A stretch of DNA of 64,000 bases, from IMG/VR virus record IMGVR_UViG_3300046507_000426, one strand, 5' to 3'. The translations under genes were made by a program, and so were the position numbers. Positions 46,139 through 56,090 of this stretch are shown piece by piece. Positions within the stretch are counted from its first letter, which is position 1. Every line of letters starts with the position of its first letter. The notes beneath the pieces were generated by a model that was not told the DNA's origin, ran no database searches, and saw only the letters and a list, made by a program, of their open reading frames with translations. This stretch comes from a virus. Taxonomy: Duplodnaviria > Heunggongvirae > Uroviricota > Caudoviricetes.

Positions 46139-46147
46139 CTTATACCA
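46139..46147 (-). promoter_or_regulatory. TTGGTATAAG promoter upstream of tRNA-Leu
   Basis: Plus cttataccaa. Confidence 0.45.
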
Positions 46148-46152
46148 AAGAA

Positions 46153-46554
46153 TCAGCTTTTTACGATTCCGATATTTCGAACGCCGTCAAACACCAGAAT
46201 ATGTTTAAACAACATTTCGATCGTTACCCCAGCCATCAGGGGATAGGGGCGTCCAAGCTCAAGAATGGCTGCGAGTCTCTCTGGACTCATTACGATCAAA
46301 TCCCTGCCCGGATTGAACTTTGTAGTCATCAGTTCGTAATCCAGTTCAGCCTGAGTCTTTTTGGGTTTCTCTTCCTCGATCTTACCAAGACTACCCTCGT
46401 TGATAATCTGCTCAAGAGGACGATTGAATCGGTCCATCTCATGATCAACGATGATCTGTTGCATAGCCCAAAGTGCTTCGGTGTCTTTATTTGAAGCCTG
46501 GGACGAACGGAAGAGCTGCGATACAAATCGCATCAGATTCGTGATTAGTTTCAT
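46153..46554 (-). CDS. Hypothetical protein (133 aa)
   Basis: ORF. Confidence 0.4.
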   Translation of the reverse strand: MKLITNLMRFVSQLFRSSQASNKDTEALWAMQQIIVDHEMDRFNRPLEQIINEGSLGKIEEEKPKKTQAELDYELMTTKFNPGRDLIVMSPERLAAILELGRPYPLMAGVTIEMLFKHILVFDGVRNIGIVKS

Positions 46555-47017
46555 GCTTTGCGTTATCAGTTAAGCAGTTAGCAGCGGCCACGCTGAATTT
46601 CTTGTCTAGCTTGTCACTTGGATTCGTAAATTTCTTCCACTTGAACAAAGCTTTAACAAGGCCTGTTTTCCACTCAATAGCACGGACCATTTTAGTCCCG
46701 GCACTATTGTAGTAGTTCAATCCAACCATCAAGGCCCCGATCATCATAAGGATGTTCTCAGCCTCAGCGGTGTTCACATTCTGGTACGAAACGTAACGTT
46801 CCATTCCCGTATAAATCGTTGCCTTTTCATGATCGGGGATATGCTTCTCTATAATCCTGCACGTTTCTTTAAGAGCCGGAATTATACCTCCAAGCTCTGC
46901 AGGATTCAAGACGCAGGAATGAACGAGACTTACTTTCTCAGAGCCTACTTCTCTACTGACAATGGCAAGACCTATATTTTTCCAGCCTGGGTCAATGCCG
47001 ATTCCATATTCGGTCAT
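46487..47017 (-). CDS. RuvC-like Holliday junction resolvase
   Basis: MTEYGIGIDPGWKNIGLAIV; the GIDPG motif is characteristic of the RuvC family; 176 aa. Confidence 0.6.
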   Translation of the reverse strand: MTEYGIGIDPGWKNIGLAIVSREVGSEKVSLVHSCVLNPAELGGIIPALKETCRIIEKHIPDHEKATIYTGMERYVSYQNVNTAEAENILMMIGALMVGLNYYNSAGTKMVRAIEWKTGLVKALFKWKKFTNPSDKLDKKFSVAAANCLTDNAKHETNHESDAICIAALPFVPGFK

Positions 47018-47301
47018 ACTTTAAACGGAAACTGTCCAGCAATCTGAATACGATTTACGTGCTTCTTTGCTTCTTGCTCCATCGCATAGCTGATGAAGTT
47101 CACAATAGCATTCGGACCATAAAGAGCATGCATCGTTTCAATAGCCAGATTCTGGTAGAGATCGTTAGCCTCTTTCATCCTGCCTGCCGCAGTTTCTTCA
47201 GCGGCTTGTGCGGCAATACCCTTTACCAAACTCCAATCGGGATCTGCCAGCTGAACTAGCATCGGACCTTCTACTTCAACGTTTGTATTCTCAGCCTTCA
47301 T
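47014..47301 (-). CDS. Hypothetical protein (95 aa)
   Basis: ORF. Confidence 0.35.
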   Translation of the reverse strand: MKAENTNVEVEGPMLVQLADPDWSLVKGIAAQAAEETAAGRMKEANDLYQNLAIETMHALYGPNAIVNFISYAMEQEAKKHVNRIQIAGQFPFKV

Positions 47302-47533
47302 CTTTCATAATCTCATTCATTACCCGGATAACATCCGAGGCGATTCTCTCAATAATACCCTTACCATACAAAGCTTCAATCGCATAGCACACTAAAGCTG
47401 ACTGCATGTTCTCCAGATCCTTTGCAGTCGTTTTCGTAAACGCTGCTTCTCCGGAAACAAGGCTCATGTACTCACGAGCCACTTCCCGAAGTTCTGTAAG
47501 ATCCGGATTTTCAATCTGTTCCGGAGTTTTCAT
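47291..47533 (-). CDS. Hypothetical protein (80 aa)
   Basis: ORF. Confidence 0.35.
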   Translation of the reverse strand: MKTPEQIENPDLTELREVAREYMSLVSGEAAFTKTTAKDLENMQSALVCYAIEALYGKGIIERIASDVIRVMNEIMKDEG

Positions 47534-48643
47534 TTATAGTTCGATATCGTCGAACGAATTCTCATTCAACGTGTTAACAATGCCTTTGACGTAAGAAGTC
47601 TTTTCGGTCTCTTGCGGTGCAGGTTGCATTTCACCTTCATTCAGCCATTTGCTCATCCACGGAAGCGGACGGGTTTTCGGTGCAGGATTAGGGTACTGCA
47701 TATGAACAGCACGCATACGCTTATCGGCCAGGTGATCGATTTCAAGATCCAACATGTGTTGGTTCAATCCGATCAGCGAACCTTCCTGGAAAAGGAACTT
47801 GTTAAAAGTCTTTTCTTCAGATACTACTTCCATAAAGATGTGCATGGACTCTTCCAGGCATTCTTTACGAATTACAAAGAACTCTTCGTCGTCTTCTGGC
47901 AACGTTCTAAGTAAAGCCGTAGTGAACGCTACATGCAATAGTTCATCGTTTGCAATCAACTTTATAAGACTGGAGTTACCAATCATACGACCAGTTTGAC
48001 CAAACGAGAAACTACACGCAAATGAAACAAAGAATCGAATGCCTTCCAAAGCATTGATCGACTGTAGTGCCAACCAGAGCTTCTTCTTCAACTGGTGAAG
48101 CGTCGTCATATTAAGACGATACTTTGCAGTTTCCATAAGTAGATCATCGTAGTAACGACTGATGCTTTCGCCAGCCTTTACGATAAGATCCATATGCTTA
48201 ATGCTTTCCGTTACTTCCGTCGGATCATTATACACGTTCTTAAGAATATGTTCATACGTCATATTATGAACTTCTTCGAAATACGTGATGATATTGATAC
48301 AACGCTTAATCATAGGATCCGAAGCCAGAGGCAGCAAAGCTTCTGCAAGGCCTAGACTTTGAATCGTGTCCAGCATCATCTGACGTTTAAGATTAGACGT
48401 AAAGATGAATTGATCGTTAGTGCTGAGAACATCATAAAAATCGATCTTGTCTCGGGTCAGAATAACTTCTGTTCGTTCCCATTTAGACTCGTCCATCTTC
48501 TGAGCCTGTTTTTCAAAGATCGGATACTTCACAATGTCAGAACGGGAAATATCCACCGTCCCCGATTCATCGAGAAATAGCTTGGTGTCAAGCGGAGATT
48601 TATCTCGAATCTTAAATACGTGTAGCGGTGTTGCTTGGGTCAT
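47534..48643 (-). CDS. nrdB: Ribonucleotide reductase class Ia beta subunit (NrdB)
   Basis: 369 aa; SFACSFSFGQ...ELLHVAFTTAL ferritin-like diiron/tyrosyl-radical region; directly downstream of nrdA. Confidence 0.8.
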   Translation of the reverse strand: MTQATPLHVFKIRDKSPLDTKLFLDESGTVDISRSDIVKYPIFEKQAQKMDESKWERTEVILTRDKIDFYDVLSTNDQFIFTSNLKRQMMLDTIQSLGLAEALLPLASDPMIKRCINIITYFEEVHNMTYEHILKNVYNDPTEVTESIKHMDLIVKAGESISRYYDDLLMETAKYRLNMTTLHQLKKKLWLALQSINALEGIRFFVSFACSFSFGQTGRMIGNSSLIKLIANDELLHVAFTTALLRTLPEDDEEFFVIRKECLEESMHIFMEVVSEEKTFNKFLFQEGSLIGLNQHMLDLEIDHLADKRMRAVHMQYPNPAPKTRPLPWMSKWLNEGEMQPAPQETEKTSYVKGIVNTLNENSFDDIEL

Positions 48644-48661
48644 TGCTCAACTTCTAGTGGT

Positions 48662-48688
48662 AAAAAAAGCCGGGGTTCCCCCCGGCTC
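48662..48688 (-). terminator. Rho-independent terminator
   Basis: Minus strand GAGCCGGGGGGaaCCCCGGCttttttt. Confidence 0.6.
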
Positions 48689-48691
48689 TCG

Positions 48692-48907
48692 TTAATCTTC
48701 TACTCGGTCTTCGTCTGTGACTTTAACTTCGTCAGTTCCGAAGAGATCAAAGAACGCCAACGTATACGCCGACGCCTTCTCATATCCCTTGTCGCGGTAA
48801 TAGTCTCCGAATTCATGAAGAACTTCACCATCCATTTCGACAGTCACTTTCGTGTACATGTCGCTGCACTCCTTATCGAAGTGTCTAACCAGAACTAGAT
48901 TGTACAT
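48692..48907 (-). CDS. Hypothetical protein (71 aa)
   Basis: ORF. Confidence 0.35.
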   Translation of the reverse strand: MYNLVLVRHFDKECSDMYTKVTVEMDGEVLHEFGDYYRDKGYEKASAYTLAFFDLFGTDEVKVTDEDRVED

Positions 48908-48915
48908 CTTTCACC

Positions 48916-51210
48916 TCAAATGTGGCAAGCGCCACCTTCACAACCTGCTGCGCTTGTATCTTCTACGAAGCCCAGAATGTCCGATTCGCCTGGCTTTTTA
49001 GTATTTTGGTAATAACCGTTTTTATGGCCCAGACTGTAAGCGTACATAATGTCTTTACCAAGAGTTTCTGTATCAAGCTTTTCATCTTTAAAGAACTTCG
49101 GGTTATACGAAAAATTAATGGACATACCTTGGTCCATGTGCTTTTGAAGTACTGCTGTCACTTCCAGATAACCACGGGGGCTTTTCGATTCCCACAGCCA
49201 ATCGTAAGCATACATCAATTCATCAACTTCGGGTACTGCAATCGGAGGTGCTGCATCTTTCGACGGCTTGACAATCACCGGACCCATAGCTTTTTCAAAG
49301 CCATTGGTTTCGTTTGACAGCTGCGAACTCGTTTCGCTAGGCATCCCTGCCATCAGCGTGCTGTTACGAATACCATACTTCAACAGGTCTGCTCTAAGCT
49401 CGTCCCACGGCATCCTGGTCTTGTGCGGCAGGATTTTATCCAGCCCAGCTGCACGAGTCATATGTGGGAACCAACCATCCGAATACTTCGTTTCTTTCCA
49501 CAGCGGACAAGGGCCTTTTTCCTTTGCCAAATCAACAGAAGCTTTGATCAGGTAATACGACCAGGCTTCAGCAAACTCATCGATAAGACCAAGCGAGATA
49601 CGGTCATACGGCAGACCCTTCTTCGCCAGGAAGTGAGCGAAGCCGATGATACCGATGCCTATAGGTCTACGAGCCATTGTAGACTGCCTTGCTGCCTCTA
49701 CTGGATAGTCCTGGTAGTCGAGTACTGCATCTGCAATTCGGACGGCCATACGGCACGGTTCTTCAAAATCCGAAGGCTTGTTAATCTTGCCCCAGTTAAT
49801 AGCACCAAGGGTACAGATACTAATTTCTGACGGGAATCCTGCTTTAATATCGTCAAGCGGAGTCGTAGGCAGAGTGATCTCTACGCACAAATTCGTCATG
49901 TAGATAGGTACCTTGAACGATGAACGTTCATTGACCGTATCTACGTTACTGAAATACATACGACCTGTGTTACTACGTTGTGTAACAAAGTCGTTGAATA
50001 GCTTTTGTGCTGACATCGTACGACGACGGATGCTAAGGTCAGCCTCATACTTCTCATACAGATATTCAAACTTCGCCTGATCGCTGAAGAAAGCTTCATA
50101 GAGGCCAGGTGTTTCATAAGGACTGAACAGCGAGATATCCTTATTGTCTTTAACACGTTTATAAATAAACCTGTTGAACTGAACACAATAATCTGCTTGA
50201 CGATTCGTCTGCTCTACCGGAAGGGTCGAGTCTTTAAGCAAAATCAGTTCTGGAGCTTCGTAGTGCCAGATCGGAAAGTTGAACGTTACTGCACCATCTC
50301 GCATACCGCCTTGCGAACAGCTTTTCGTGCCCGCAGTCAGATCCTTGATAAATCCAATCACTCCGGTGTGAATCGCTTCTCCCCCTTTAATCGGCGCGCC
50401 AAGTCCACGATTACGACCGACGTTTACACCAAGACCTGCCTTGTTCGAAACATACTTCAGAATTGCATGATGTGAAGCACCGATACTATCAATCGTGTCA
50501 TCGACGTCAATCAGAACGCACGACGAGAACTGCTTCAGAATCGTACGAACGCCCGACATAATTGGGCTTGGTTGACTGATATCAAACAAGCTCAGATTGT
50601 CATACGCTTTCTTGATTTCCTGCATACGGTTCTTTTCATTGCGGAACAGAACTGCAGGGACAAGAATAAACGGAATCTGAAAACTTTCGTAAATCTGTTT
50701 CGTTACACGGTTCTTGCTCAGATATTTGATACGCATCTGCTCTGCACCAGCCAAACGGAAAAGTTCGTCACGACTGTGATTAATCATCGCATCAAGCTGT
50801 TCCCATTCTTCTGCCGTATACATTGCAGGAATGTCGGGATCATAGCGCCCAATGGCTACGTTCTTGCTCACGATGTCAAACAGTTTCGGGGATTTGAATT
50901 CTCCGTATGCTTCCTTCCGTACGATGTAAGAAAGAGCTTTACCGCCAACCTTGTCATAGTGATACTTGCCTGCTGACATAAGGCTTTTACAGGCTGAAAC
51001 AAATTGTTCGTTAATCTCTTTGGTAGGAATTCCATCATATAGATGCTGAGAAATTTCCATTTCCAACTCTGAGGGAGATACGCCCTCTACGCCTTCACAT
51101 GCAAATTCTGCAAACTTGTGCAGCTTGTCTAGGTTCTGGGCTTCTTTACTACCATCATTCTTGGTTACAAACTTCATATGCTTTACTTCAATTTCGGTGT
51201 TATCTAGGTT
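48916..51210 (-). CDS. nrdA: Ribonucleotide reductase class Ia alpha subunit (NrdA) with ATP-cone
   Basis: ATP-cone VTKNDGSKEAQNLDKLHKF resembles V(I/T)KRDGS.E.FD..KI; long catalytic body with C-terminal Cys pair; start set to internal ATG because the GTG-initiated extension to 51396 would run through a terminator hairpin. Confidence 0.8.
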   Translation of the reverse strand, partial: NLDNTEIEVKHMKFVTKNDGSKEAQNLDKLHKFAEFACEGVEGVSPSELEMEISQHLYDGIPTKEINEQFVSACKSLMSAGKYHYDKVGGKALSYIVRKEAYGEFKSPKLFDIVSKNVAIGRYDPDIPAMYTAEEWEQLDAMINHSRDELFRLAGAEQMRIKYLSKNRVTKQIYESFQIPFILVPAVLFRNEKNRMQEIKKAYDNLSLFDISQPSPIMSGVRTILKQFSSCVLIDVDDTIDSIGASHHAILKYVSNKAGLGVNVGRNRGLGAPIKGGEAIHTGVIGFIKDLTAGTKSCSQGGMRDGAVTFNFPIWHYEAPELILLKDSTLPVEQTNRQADYCVQFNRFIYKRVKDNKDISLFSPYETPGLYEAFFSDQAKFEYLYEKYEADLSIRRRTMSAQKLFNDFVTQRSNTGRMYFSNVDTVNERSSFKVPIYMTNLCVEITLPTTPLDDIKAGFPSEISICTLGAINWGKINKPSDFEEPCRMAVRIADAVLDYQDYPVEAARQSTMARRPIGIGIIGFAHFLAKKGLPYDRISLGLIDEFAEAWSYYLIKASVDLAKEKGPCPLWKETKYSDGWFPHMTRAAGLDKILPHKTRMPWDELRADLLKYGIRNSTLMAGMPSETSSQLSNETNGFEKAMGPVIVKPSKDAAPPIAVPEVDELMYAYDWLWESKSPRGYLEVTAVLQKHMDQGMSINFSYNPKFFKDEKLDTETLGKDIMYAYSLGHKNGYYQNTKKPGESDILGFVEDTSAAGCEGGACHI

Positions 51211-51372
51211 CATTATTGTATCATTGCTGAAGTGGGCCGTAATTTCAGACCCTGAATTCTTGGAGGGAATTCTTAGTATAACGGTTTCTGGGAAACTGTT
51301 AGCAATGATATCGTCGGTATTTTTTACGTTAGCAGAAAGCGTCGCTGCTATATATGCTTTCTTTATCCGACT

Positions 51373-51398
51373 AAAAAAAGAAGGTGCGCTTGGCACCC
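51373..51398 (-). terminator. Rho-independent terminator
   Basis: Minus strand AGGGTGCcaagcGCACCttcttttttt. Confidence 0.55.
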
Positions 51399-51405
51399 TC
51401 TTCTC

Positions 51406-51756
51406 TTACTGTACGGCCTTAATCAGCTCATTTGACAGGCGATCCGCGAGTGCCTTGTCTTGTGCTTCAGTCGGATCATCCTGATTGACAGGTTCACCGG
51501 TTGTGATGTACAGCCAACGACCATTCTTGAGGGTTCCGATCTGCGAAGCCTCTGTAATTTCCGGACATACTTCCCAACCGGGTTCGAGTCTGGAATGAAA
51601 CCGACAGTCAGTCTCTCCATAACTCGAACATGCACAATACTTCGTGCGAATTGCTACCGGATAAACGATAGCTTCACCAGCAGCATTAGCCGCAGTGAGT
51701 TGTTCAATGAGATCCAGTTCAGTTTGACGGATCTCTCCCAAATTACGTTCAGACAC
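51406..51756 (-). CDS. Hypothetical Cys-containing protein (116 aa)
   Basis: ORF. Confidence 0.4.
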   Translation of the reverse strand: MSERNLGEIRQTELDLIEQLTAANAAGEAIVYPVAIRTKYCACSSYGETDCRFHSRLEPGWEVCPEITEASQIGTLKNGRWLYITTGEPVNQDDPTEAQDKALADRLSNELIKAVQ

Positions 51757-52069
51757 TAATTTCTCCTTGATTTGTTACGTTGGTCACTTCGCAACACGTA
51801 GGGGTATTCCGGGCGAGCTTTTAGTTCAAGAGCCCGAATTATACACCAGGGAGTTGCTCCCTGGCTTTCGGTTTAACAATCTAAAACGAACAGATACTTG
51901 CGAAGCTAGCCGAAAACATCTCGGCCTGGTTACGGAATAACCTCGTTGGGCGTGGCCCGGAACCCAGCGTAAAGTTCTGTTTCAGAACTTGGAGCTGGGA
52001 GAGTATATGGGTAAAGTTACTCTACCCTCTCACTTACGACGTAAATGAAGCATACGTTATTCCAATTCA

Positions 52070-52078
52070 CTTATACCA
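52070..52078 (-). promoter_or_regulatory. TTGGTATAAG-type promoter (variant GTGGTATAAG)
   Basis: Plus cttatacca(c). Confidence 0.4.
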
Positions 52079-52098
52079 CTAAAGCCTTGTTTCTTTAA

Positions 52099-54522
52099 TT
52101 ACAAACGCGGATCCAGCGTCTTTTCTTCATTCAGTTGCGAGATCATTTTCACAACCAGTTCAGTCAGAGCAGGGCCATTGTCTGCTGTCAGCATTGCCAG
52201 TGCAAGATCGTGTTCCTTGATAGAAACCTTCAGCTTACCGCCGACACGTTTTTGACGACACAGGGCTTCATAACGGTTCTTGTAATCATAGCCATACACA
52301 AGAGTCAGGTAATTTTCATTCCGAACCTTCATATACGGTGCAACATCTGCCGTACCGTCAAGAGGCTTGATTACAAGGCCTTCCATCTTTTCATCAACGG
52401 TTTTACAGTTGAAGAAAGTCTTTGCATTTTCCAAAACCTCTTTATCGTTTTCAAGGTCGATGATTACGATGTCGTCCTGGTTAACCAAGTCAAAGGAATC
52501 TGCAATCTGGAATTTGTCACCAAACACCTTACCGTCAACCTTCAGAATAGAGAACGCACTGTATTCCGGACGGCTTTCCTGAGCATAAATATCAAGGGTT
52601 TCGCCGAATATCTTCAGATCAACCTGACGAGCTTCGACGTCGATTTTTGCCTTGAATCCCAACTTGGCAAATTCCTCATCGTTAGCCAATGCATCCAGTT
52701 CGTAATGTACCAAACCTTCATACGCACGGAACTGTTCGTCAACCAGACTTTTACCAAGGGTCGTCCACGGCAGAAGTTCACCGTCAAGAATCAGTTCTTC
52801 TTGCCAGAAGTCAATACTTTCCCCTTCGTACTTAGCAAGCAATTCCTGAATCATAACGGTGAGGTCTTCTGTCATGCGAATCTTAAAGCCATTACGAGAA
52901 ACCAGGAAACACTCTTCCGGTTTACCGCGATACAGATATGCCTGACAACGTGAACCCATGTACTTCGGTTGAAGCATGACCCGCTTCGTTCCACGACTTT
53001 TGAAATACTCAAGTCCAGCTTCAAGACTTTCGATTTCAGTGTTAGTCGACGGAGCAGGGGCCATCGTTCCTGAAATGTACTGAACTCGGTTTGCGATAGT
53101 ACGCTTCAGAAATCTCATATCTTCCGGCGACAGTTTGTAGTCGTAGATATTGAACGACTTCTGCGGAGGTGCTATCGGAGTCGTCAAGAAGTTCTGAAGA
53201 CCCTTGTGAACTGTTACCTTTTCAGCTGCCTGAACCGAATCAAACCAGTAACGATTTCCTTTATAACAGAAAGCAGTAAGCTTGCCGCCATAAACAGCCC
53301 CAGTATCGAGAAACACCTTGTTACGATGTTCCAGTTTGGCTGCATTGTGAGCAACGTGCCCAAACACATGCAAAGGAAAATTCCCAACAGCTTCCTTGAA
53401 AATAAACTCATAAGCCTTCCGGTAGTCTTCTTTTCGATCACCGTACAGATTGCGCTGAGCCTTAAGTGCTGCAGAATTCATCTTACCCAAATACTTCTGC
53501 TCGCACGGAGCATGGGTTACGTAAACTGTACGGACTTGGTTGCCGTGAATCTTCAAGAACGGAACAGAACAGCGATCGAACAAGTCCACAAGCTCTGCTG
53601 CCAACGTTTCGTCTTTCAACAGAACGTCAAGCGAACTCATGTACTTCGATTCCATCTCCAGATCAGGATTTTTGATTTCACCCTTGATACGCTTCACCGC
53701 ATACGACTCGTGATTGCCGTGGAGAATAATGCCACCGTCGGTGTGAAACTTCCTGGCGAAGGCAATTGCTTTGGCAGTATCATTGCCTTTGTCAATGTAA
53801 TCACCGACAAGAACATTGATGCTATTTGCACCGACCTTAGCTACAAGCTGTTCAGCAGCTTCCGTGTGTTCATGTACATCTCCGATGATATTCACCTGCA
53901 TGTCTCGACCAAGATAGAGCTGAGTAGCTGCGTATTTGCCCAAATCTTCGATTTCAACTTCCAGATCTATCCACTTTTTGGCGTCTCGTTCACGGATACG
54001 AATACAATCATCGTGATCTTTACGACCGAGATTCGGAAGGACGCTTTGTTTGAATCGCTTGGCGCTCGATTCTACAACCCGTTTTTCTTCCTCATTCGAT
54101 TCCGACCAGTACTGATAGTTCGGATATTCAAACGTAATCAATTCAGTACGATATTCGTTTTCTTCAGCGAGTTTACGAATTTCCTTTCGAAACGTATCAT
54201 TCATACCAGTAGTATCAACGATTACGAATTCACTGTTGATCGGGAACGCAATCGCCGCTTTAAACTTCGCCATCATCACGTTGAAAGCTGCTTCCGAAGC
54301 TTCCATCATGACCGGGGCGTAACGATGGAGACTCAAATCATCCAAGACGTTCATTCGTTCAGCATCAGAATTCAAGTTTACAACCTTCGAACCTGCAGCA
54401 AGTCCTGCTTTCATCAACTGAAAGTTCAACGCAAGTTCGAACTGTTTCGAGAATGTGGTTTTACCGCACATCGAAGGGCCAACCAAAATGAAGACTGTGT
54501 GGAGTTTAGTTTGAATTTTCAT
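52099..54522 (-). CDS. pnkp: Bacterial-type polynucleotide kinase-phosphatase with C-terminal ligase domain (Pnkp)
   Basis: 807 aa; N-terminal P-loop GPSMCGKTT (kinase); central metallophosphoesterase motifs IIGDVHEH...GDYIDKGND...LHGNHESY; C-terminal nucleotidyltransferase/ligase KVDG motif (SILKVDGKV). Confidence 0.75.
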   Translation of the reverse strand: MKIQTKLHTVFILVGPSMCGKTTFSKQFELALNFQLMKAGLAAGSKVVNLNSDAERMNVLDDLSLHRYAPVMMEASEAAFNVMMAKFKAAIAFPINSEFVIVDTTGMNDTFRKEIRKLAEENEYRTELITFEYPNYQYWSESNEEEKRVVESSAKRFKQSVLPNLGRKDHDDCIRIRERDAKKWIDLEVEIEDLGKYAATQLYLGRDMQVNIIGDVHEHTEAAEQLVAKVGANSINVLVGDYIDKGNDTAKAIAFARKFHTDGGIILHGNHESYAVKRIKGEIKNPDLEMESKYMSSLDVLLKDETLAAELVDLFDRCSVPFLKIHGNQVRTVYVTHAPCEQKYLGKMNSAALKAQRNLYGDRKEDYRKAYEFIFKEAVGNFPLHVFGHVAHNAAKLEHRNKVFLDTGAVYGGKLTAFCYKGNRYWFDSVQAAEKVTVHKGLQNFLTTPIAPPQKSFNIYDYKLSPEDMRFLKRTIANRVQYISGTMAPAPSTNTEIESLEAGLEYFKSRGTKRVMLQPKYMGSRCQAYLYRGKPEECFLVSRNGFKIRMTEDLTVMIQELLAKYEGESIDFWQEELILDGELLPWTTLGKSLVDEQFRAYEGLVHYELDALANDEEFAKLGFKAKIDVEARQVDLKIFGETLDIYAQESRPEYSAFSILKVDGKVFGDKFQIADSFDLVNQDDIVIIDLENDKEVLENAKTFFNCKTVDEKMEGLVIKPLDGTADVAPYMKVRNENYLTLVYGYDYKNRYEALCRQKRVGGKLKVSIKEHDLALAMLTADNGPALTELVVKMISQLNEEKTLDPRL

Positions 54523-54531
54523 TGTTGATCC

Positions 54532-55833
54532 TTACTTGTTTTTCGTTACGACAAGCATCGTCGAAGTATGAACGCCATTTACTGCATCGCCGATACCTTG
54601 GCCGATGGTCGAAATTGCATGGGACTTAGAGATTTTCCAGAGCCAATCGTAGAAGTCCTGTTCATTCATTTCCCACTTGTGATCATCGTGACGGAACTGA
54701 TCTTCTGTCATCAGATAATTCACATTGAAAGCCTTGTTCGGAACCGTGATAACCAACTTGTTAAAGTCAGTCTTCAGAACGGCATCAACAAGCTGTTTTG
54801 CATCTTTAAGAGGAATGTGCTCCAGAACTTCTGTGATGAGCACGTCTGCTCCGCTAAAGAGCAAGGAACACTCATCAATCGATTCGGGAGTTGCAGCATC
54901 TCGGAGAATAACGTTTTCGACTTCTCGTCCCTTGAGTTTTTCAAGCATGTTCTCGCGGAGTTCGTCATCCGCTTCAAACGCAAGGACTTGTTCATATTTC
55001 GAACTGAGCGGGAGCGTGTAATTGAGTTCACCGCACCCAATGTCAATGAGTGTCGCTCCTCCTCCCAGATGGGGGAAGATAGCTTCTTTACGCTGAGCAA
55101 GGGTGTCACCGTGCCAGAGGTCGATCGTGTCCGTATCAAGCAGCGATTTGTTCTTAAGAAATGTGTCACGATTTGAGAATACATTCCGTTTGAAGAGGTA
55201 ACGAATGAAGTACGGTGCATTGATACGATTTATCGCAGCAATATACTTCTCGACGATATCGCCCTTGAGATTGACGTAAATGCTTTTTGTCGAAACGCAG
55301 AACATCAGGAAAATTACCATTGCCGCATTGAGCATTTCGTGAACTGTAGGCCCCGAGATAGTGACCTTGTACGCACAGCCTGCGATATGTTCGGCTACAA
55401 AGCTGTACCCATTGTCCAACCCGAAGGAACCATTGAAGTGTTGATTCAGATGATTCAACATGCTGGCGCTGCGAATTTCGACCGTAGTTTCCAGGTACGC
55501 ACTCCAAGATTCCGAAGTGTCTTCTTCCTGATGTGTTTTAAACGCTGTTGCCAAACAGTTCGTAATCAGCGAAATCGGCAAGTAGGGAGACGCATAGCGG
55601 GTACGGTCAAGATATTCAAACTCTTGGCCAATGCCCTCCGCAAAAGAACAGTTCTGAGGACTGTCTTTAAACCAAAGCCGAAAGCTTTGATCATCGGCTC
55701 CGAACCATCCATACGCCATACCTTGACGGATCGATTTCTTGTAGGGCTCTGCACTTTCACGAATCGTTGCAGGGTTCTTGGAAATGATCCAGGAAAACTT
55801 GGGGTTCGAAGACCCGATAGTAAGTACGGCCAT
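54532..55833 (-). CDS. hen1: Hen1-like RNA 3'-terminal 2'-O-methyltransferase (bacterial Hen1, Pnkp partner)
   Basis: 433 aa; C-terminal Rossmann SAM-MTase motif I LIDIGCGELN plus acidic motifs; N-terminal domain of Hen1 size; immediately upstream of and co-directional with pnkp, 10-nt spacing. Confidence 0.65.
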   Translation of the reverse strand: MAVLTIGSSNPKFSWIISKNPATIRESAEPYKKSIRQGMAYGWFGADDQSFRLWFKDSPQNCSFAEGIGQEFEYLDRTRYASPYLPISLITNCLATAFKTHQEEDTSESWSAYLETTVEIRSASMLNHLNQHFNGSFGLDNGYSFVAEHIAGCAYKVTISGPTVHEMLNAAMVIFLMFCVSTKSIYVNLKGDIVEKYIAAINRINAPYFIRYLFKRNVFSNRDTFLKNKSLLDTDTIDLWHGDTLAQRKEAIFPHLGGGATLIDIGCGELNYTLPLSSKYEQVLAFEADDELRENMLEKLKGREVENVILRDAATPESIDECSLLFSGADVLITEVLEHIPLKDAKQLVDAVLKTDFNKLVITVPNKAFNVNYLMTEDQFRHDDHKWEMNEQDFYDWLWKISKSHAISTIGQGIGDAVNGVHTSTMLVVTKNK

Positions 55834-55901
55834 TATTTCACCTTTTGGTTGAGGAGCTAAAAGAGATAAAGATAGGATAGCGTTCCTACCACAATACTTT
55901 T

Positions 55902-55910
55902 CTTATACCA
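55902..55910 (-). promoter_or_regulatory. TTGGTATAAG promoter upstream of hen1-pnkp
   Basis: Plus cttatacca about 60 nt upstream of the hen1 ATG. Confidence 0.5.
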
Positions 55911-56090
55911 AGATTCAGAGATATTGATTAAGCGGACCAGCTGGGTCACGCATACGGGTAAACGTTGCCGAAGGTCCTTTGAACGAATCTTCAACATAGC
56001 CACAAGTTTTGCATTCAAACCAGATAGGCGTGTTTACAATCTTGGACTTTTTGTCCTCGCCGCATTCAGGGCAGTGTTCAAGAGCTTCAG

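Noticed and set aside
51210-51396. N-terminal 62-aa extension of NrdA from a GTG at 51396
   Set aside because: The extension would be translated through an intrinsic terminator hairpin and T-tract (51373-51398) and has no NrdA-like sequence; an internal ATG before the ATP-cone is preferred
52135-54528. Plus-strand ORFs of 272 and 440 aa
   Set aside because: Antisense to pnkp, which has clear multi-domain motifs on the minus strand
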